A stretch of DNA of 63,805 bases, counting the filler, from Octopus bimaculoides (lineage: Eukaryota): the NCBI RefSeq assembly GCF_001194135.2. It is 5 parts of 5 records of this genome, joined end to end, with 100 filler letters (N's around TTAATTAATTAA, not from the genome) between each part and the next. Parts side by side here need not be neighbours in the genome. Positions count along the whole stretch, not along the records: positions 62,548 to 63,805 come from NW_026340052.1; 4 more parts are not named here. One strand, 5' to 3'. Below the pieces are notes generated by a model. That model was given only the letters and a program-made list of their open reading frames with translations. It searched no databases and was not told the DNA's origin. Numbering within the stretch: the first letter of the stretch is position 1; each line of letters begins with the position of its first letter. This document shows positions 62,448-63,805 of the stretch, piece after piece. The translations under genes and the position numbers were made by a program.

Positions 62448-62547
62448 NNNNNNNNNNNNNNNNNNNNNNNNNNNNNNNNNNNNNNNNNNNNTTAATTAAT
62501 TAANNNNNNNNNNNNNNNNNNNNNNNNNNNNNNNNNNNNNNNNNNNN
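62448..62547. other. Artificial scaffold-joining spacer
   Basis: 44N + TTAATTAATTAA + 44N. Confidence 0.95.
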
Positions 62548-62630
62548 GGTGTTGCCATCCGGTTTCACCAGTCCTCAGTCAAATCATCTAACCCATGGTA
62601 GCATGGAAAGCGGACGTTAAACGATGATGA
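62548..62630 (+). mobile_element. RTE 3' tail
   Basis: ccagtcctcagtcaaatcatctaacccatggtagcatggaaagcggacgttaaacgatgatga. Confidence 0.8.
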
Positions 62631-63125
62631 TATATTATATAAAATATATATATATTATATATATATATATGTCAGTAAATAGTGGGGTGTTAACCGCACG
62701 TGGAGAAATAATAGGAAAATGAAAAAAATAAGGCAGAATGCTAAACTGAAAGCATATTTTAATATAGATTTCGAACTGGCTTTCATTGCATGGCAAATTT
62801 TCAAGAAGAGAGAGAATGAAAATGTTTTTTACAAAAATGTAAAAAATAATATATGAAAAAAATAATAATATATAAAAAAAATAAATATACCAATACATTA
62901 TATTGTCTTTGAGCTTTTAAAGTTCAATGGTAATCCATGTAGATAATAGTTGGAAAAATAAGGATGCATGAAATTGAGAGTTGTGTTAGGTTTAAAAAAA
63001 GAGAAAAGGGGATAAAGGTTTATGTGTTAAACAGGAAGTGTGTGTAAGGGAAGACAAATCTCTTTAGTTGGAGTTATGGACTCTTTGTCAACAGGAAGTT
63101 TATGTCTGTTCTTAGAGAAATAAGG

Positions 63126-63805
63126 TCACTGAGGGGTTTGTGTGTTAAGAAGTGGTTGGAATTTCTCTATGAAAAGATTCTCCTTGTTGATTCTTTCTTG
63201 TGTGGAGATTCTGTCTTTACATTGATAGAAAGGGAATATAAGGAATTTAGGGTTTTTGTTTCTGGCGCAAGAGTCTATGTGGCCACTGAGTGGAATTTGG
63301 CAGTGTTGATGGAGATTTATTTGTTCTTTATGGACTGCTACTCTTGTATGCAACGGGAGGCTCGTCTGTCCGATATAGAAGTGTTGGCAACCTGCGCATG
63401 TGAGGACATAAATGAGGTTCCCAGAGGAACAAGAGAAATTGGTTTTGATTTTAAACTTTGTTCCTCATTTGAAGGTAAATTCAGAGCCTTCAAGTAGGTA
63501 GGGGCAGGTACCACAATTAGGGCATGCACATTTTTTAACTGAAGGGGGTGGAAGTGGTGTATGTAGTTTGGCATTGGTTAAGAGTTTTTTCAAAGATTTT
63601 TGTTGCCTTTTGCATTTAAAGACTTTATGTGTATTGATGATATTGTTCATTTTCGGGTCTGTGGTGAGTAAGGGGAGGTTTTGTTGGATTGTGGTGTATG
63701 CTTTGATGTTTTTGGGGTTGTGGGTGGAGATGTATGGAAGTACTTTGGGGTTGGATGTGTTATTGTGTTGGTTGGTTTTTAGTGTGTTTTTGTCAAGTTC
63801 CTTGG
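63126..63805 (-). mobile_element. Penelope-like element 3' part with a complete GIY-YIG domain (one premature stop at 63465-63467); continues beyond the window
   Basis: LPYISTHNPK..CKRQQKSLKKLL..CACPNCGTCPYL..NLIYVLTCAGCQHFYIGQTS..R..H..KENLFIEKFQPLLN; same family as 12990-14410. Confidence 0.92.

Overview
AT-rich, repeat-dense animal genomic DNA. The mix of tRNA-derived SINE families, RTE LINEs with (GAT)n tails, Penelope and Dong elements and very dense microsatellites suggests an octopus or other cephalopod (inference). The window is not one contiguous locus: four identical 100-bp spacers (44 N + TTAATTAATTAA + 44 N) join five scaffolds. Scaffold 1 (1-29360) looks like the CpG-depleted intronic body of an unidentified minus-strand gene. 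It has several symmetric phase-1 candidate exons and is filled with decayed RTE, CR1, Penelope, Helitron and Dong/R4 elements and SINEs. Scaffold 2 (29461-51404) holds the only intact long ORF: a 550-aa type II membrane GT61 glycosyltransferase (44120-45772) with a single-exon CDS. Its motifs resemble plant N-glycan core beta-1,2-xylosyltransferase more than animal EOGT. Scaffold 3 is a composite satellite block: a SINE-containing higher-order unit, a 59-bp purine-rich satellite and a 57-bp CpG-rich satellite, joined through a microhomology stutter. Scaffolds 4-5 hold a 182-bp direct duplication, (GAT)n repeats and a Penelope GIY-YIG 3' end. No CRISPR array, rRNA or genuine tRNA gene is supported. 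Protein family assignments rest on remembered motifs, not database searches, and most repeat boundaries are approximate.
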